64,000 nucleotides of DNA. Origin: an uncultured Verrucomicrobiae bacterium (GTDB lineage: Bacteria; Verrucomicrobiota; Verrucomicrobiia; Palsa-1439). The notes beneath the pieces are model-generated. The model searched no databases. It was given only the letters and a program-made list of their open reading frames with translations, and was not told where the DNA came from. The translations under genes and the position numbers were made by a program. This document shows positions 62,985-64,000 of the stretch, one piece after another. The stretch spans positions 64,001 to 128,000 of the forward strand of contig CAWEWF010000001.1 of the NCBI GenBank assembly GCA_963812605.1, written 5' to 3'. Within the stretch, counting starts at the first letter, position 1, and each line of letters opens with the position of its first letter.

Positions 62985-63500
62985 CTACCAACTCCTTCGG
63001 CGAAACGAACGGAACTCTCCGTTTCGCAGATGCGTTTCGAATGGTTCCTCGTTCTTCACCAGAACCATGTAGTTTTGGCCCACCAACAGCGCCACCCGGC
63101 CCGCAAACGCATCGTCGGGCACCGTAAAGCTGAGCATCTCCCGGTCTAAGACACCGTTGGCGGGCAATTTGATCAATTCCACCTGCGTGCCCGTGGTTGA
63201 CGGCAGGAAATAATCCTTGTCGCGATCGACGAGGACAAACCAGTTCCGGCTCAGGGTCACGTCGTAAGCATTGGGATTCTGCAATCGCAAGTACACAATC
63301 AATACACAGCCCGTTTCGGCCTTTCCCACCGCCGCCTCGGTCAACTGCACGATGTAATTCGTTCCGCCGTACGTCTGTACGGTGTGGGGCTCGCGGAATT
63401 CCTTCGCTTCCCGAATCCGCAGCATCGCCAGCAGCCCGAGGCTGATGCCAATGGTGGCCACGGCGACCAGCGCCACCAGAATCTGAATGCGCCGGCTCAT
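62985..63500 (-). CDS. Hypothetical membrane-anchored protein (Ig-like, possibly DUF4352)
   Basis: N-terminal TM; LRLQNPN...FVLVD....YF...L.FTVP pattern. Confidence 0.6.
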   Translation of the reverse strand: MSRRIQILVALVAVATIGISLGLLAMLRIREAKEFREPHTVQTYGGTNYIVQLTEAAVGKAETGCVLIVYLRLQNPNAYDVTLSRNWFVLVDRDKDYFLPSTTGTQVELIKLPANGVLDREMLSFTVPDDAFAGRVALLVGQNYMVLVKNEEPFETHLRNGEFRSFRRRSW

Positions 63501-63596
63501 ACCGCCAATACCGGCGCGCCACGCGAAAGAATTGCCATGATATCTTGCACAAACCTCCTTGAACGCCGGCGCCAAATGGTGACAGGGGCCGTTGCG

Positions 63597-64000
63597 CTAT
63601 GGCGTGACCGGGTTCGACTCTGTCGAACGCGCCTGCATCTCGGCTTTCATCTGGTCCGCGTACGCGCGCGCGCCGTCATCCGCGAACGACGATCGCAAAC
63701 CATCCAGCACCCGAATCCGCCGCGGATAATCGGGCTTGAAATGCGGCGGCGCCGGCACCGGGACCACCCGTCCAAAAGTCACCGGAAAACTCGGATTGGC
63801 CAGACCGTCCACTGCGGCATTGAGGACCCGCGCGTCCGCATTCGGGTCCGCAGCCAGTCCGTGCAAGAGTTGTTCTGCGTCAGGGTTGACCTCCAGCGTG
63901 GCCGCGAGATAACGCGTCGCTTCGACCAGGTTGGGCAGCGTCAACGCTCCGGAACGCCACACCCGCGTCAAGGTGCCCGCCTGGTCCTGGTCGGCCAGCA
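63597..64000 (-). CDS. Hypothetical protein, C-terminal part (5' end beyond the window)
   Basis: Open frame running to the window edge with GC-rich codon usage. Confidence 0.55.
   Translation of the reverse strand, partial: LADQDQAGTLTRVWRSGALTLPNLVEATRYLAATLEVNPDAEQLLHGLAADPNADARVLNAAVDGLANPSFPVTFGRVVPVPAPPHFKPDYPRRIRVLDGLRSSFADDGARAYADQMKAEMQARSTESNPVTP

Overview
A GC-rich bacterial chromosomal window, most likely Verrucomicrobiota (Gloeo_Verruco/GloVer repeat protein, conserved small DUF4032-like protein, few strong Shine-Dalgarno sites); taxonomy is inferred, not searched. It is probably origin-proximal, since mnmE-mnmG is present and mnmG contains a parS palindrome. Most of it is housekeeping: an M3 peptidase tail plus oppABCDF, pyk, coaD-yceD-rpmF-plsX-fabH, pilT, mnmEG, pyrR-pyrB-pyrC-carA, udg, rluD, lgt, and EmrAB-TolC and MacAB-TolC efflux. 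Three parts stand out. (1) A ~10.6 kb minus-strand metal-uptake operon: TonB-dependent receptor, TonB/ExbB/ExbD, a coiled-coil protein, a Zrg/PA4064-66-like type VII ABC module, DUF3299, a MerC-like protein and an amidase, headed by a His/CxxC-rich DUF2946-like leader ORF ending in the RAPP ribosome-arrest motif. (2) A PyrR leader with an unannotated 22-23 aa ORF whose SD lies in the PyrR-binding stem; it is translated through the terminator and overlaps the pyrR start (ATGA). (3) A C-R/M convergent type II restriction-modification island with related operator palindromes at both promoters and an in-frame TAG in the methylase, plus a separate frameshifted MmeI-like type IIL gene. Many single-base frameshifts, including in mnmE and mnmG, point to assembly indel errors. 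No rRNA, tRNA, CRISPR array or transposase was seen.
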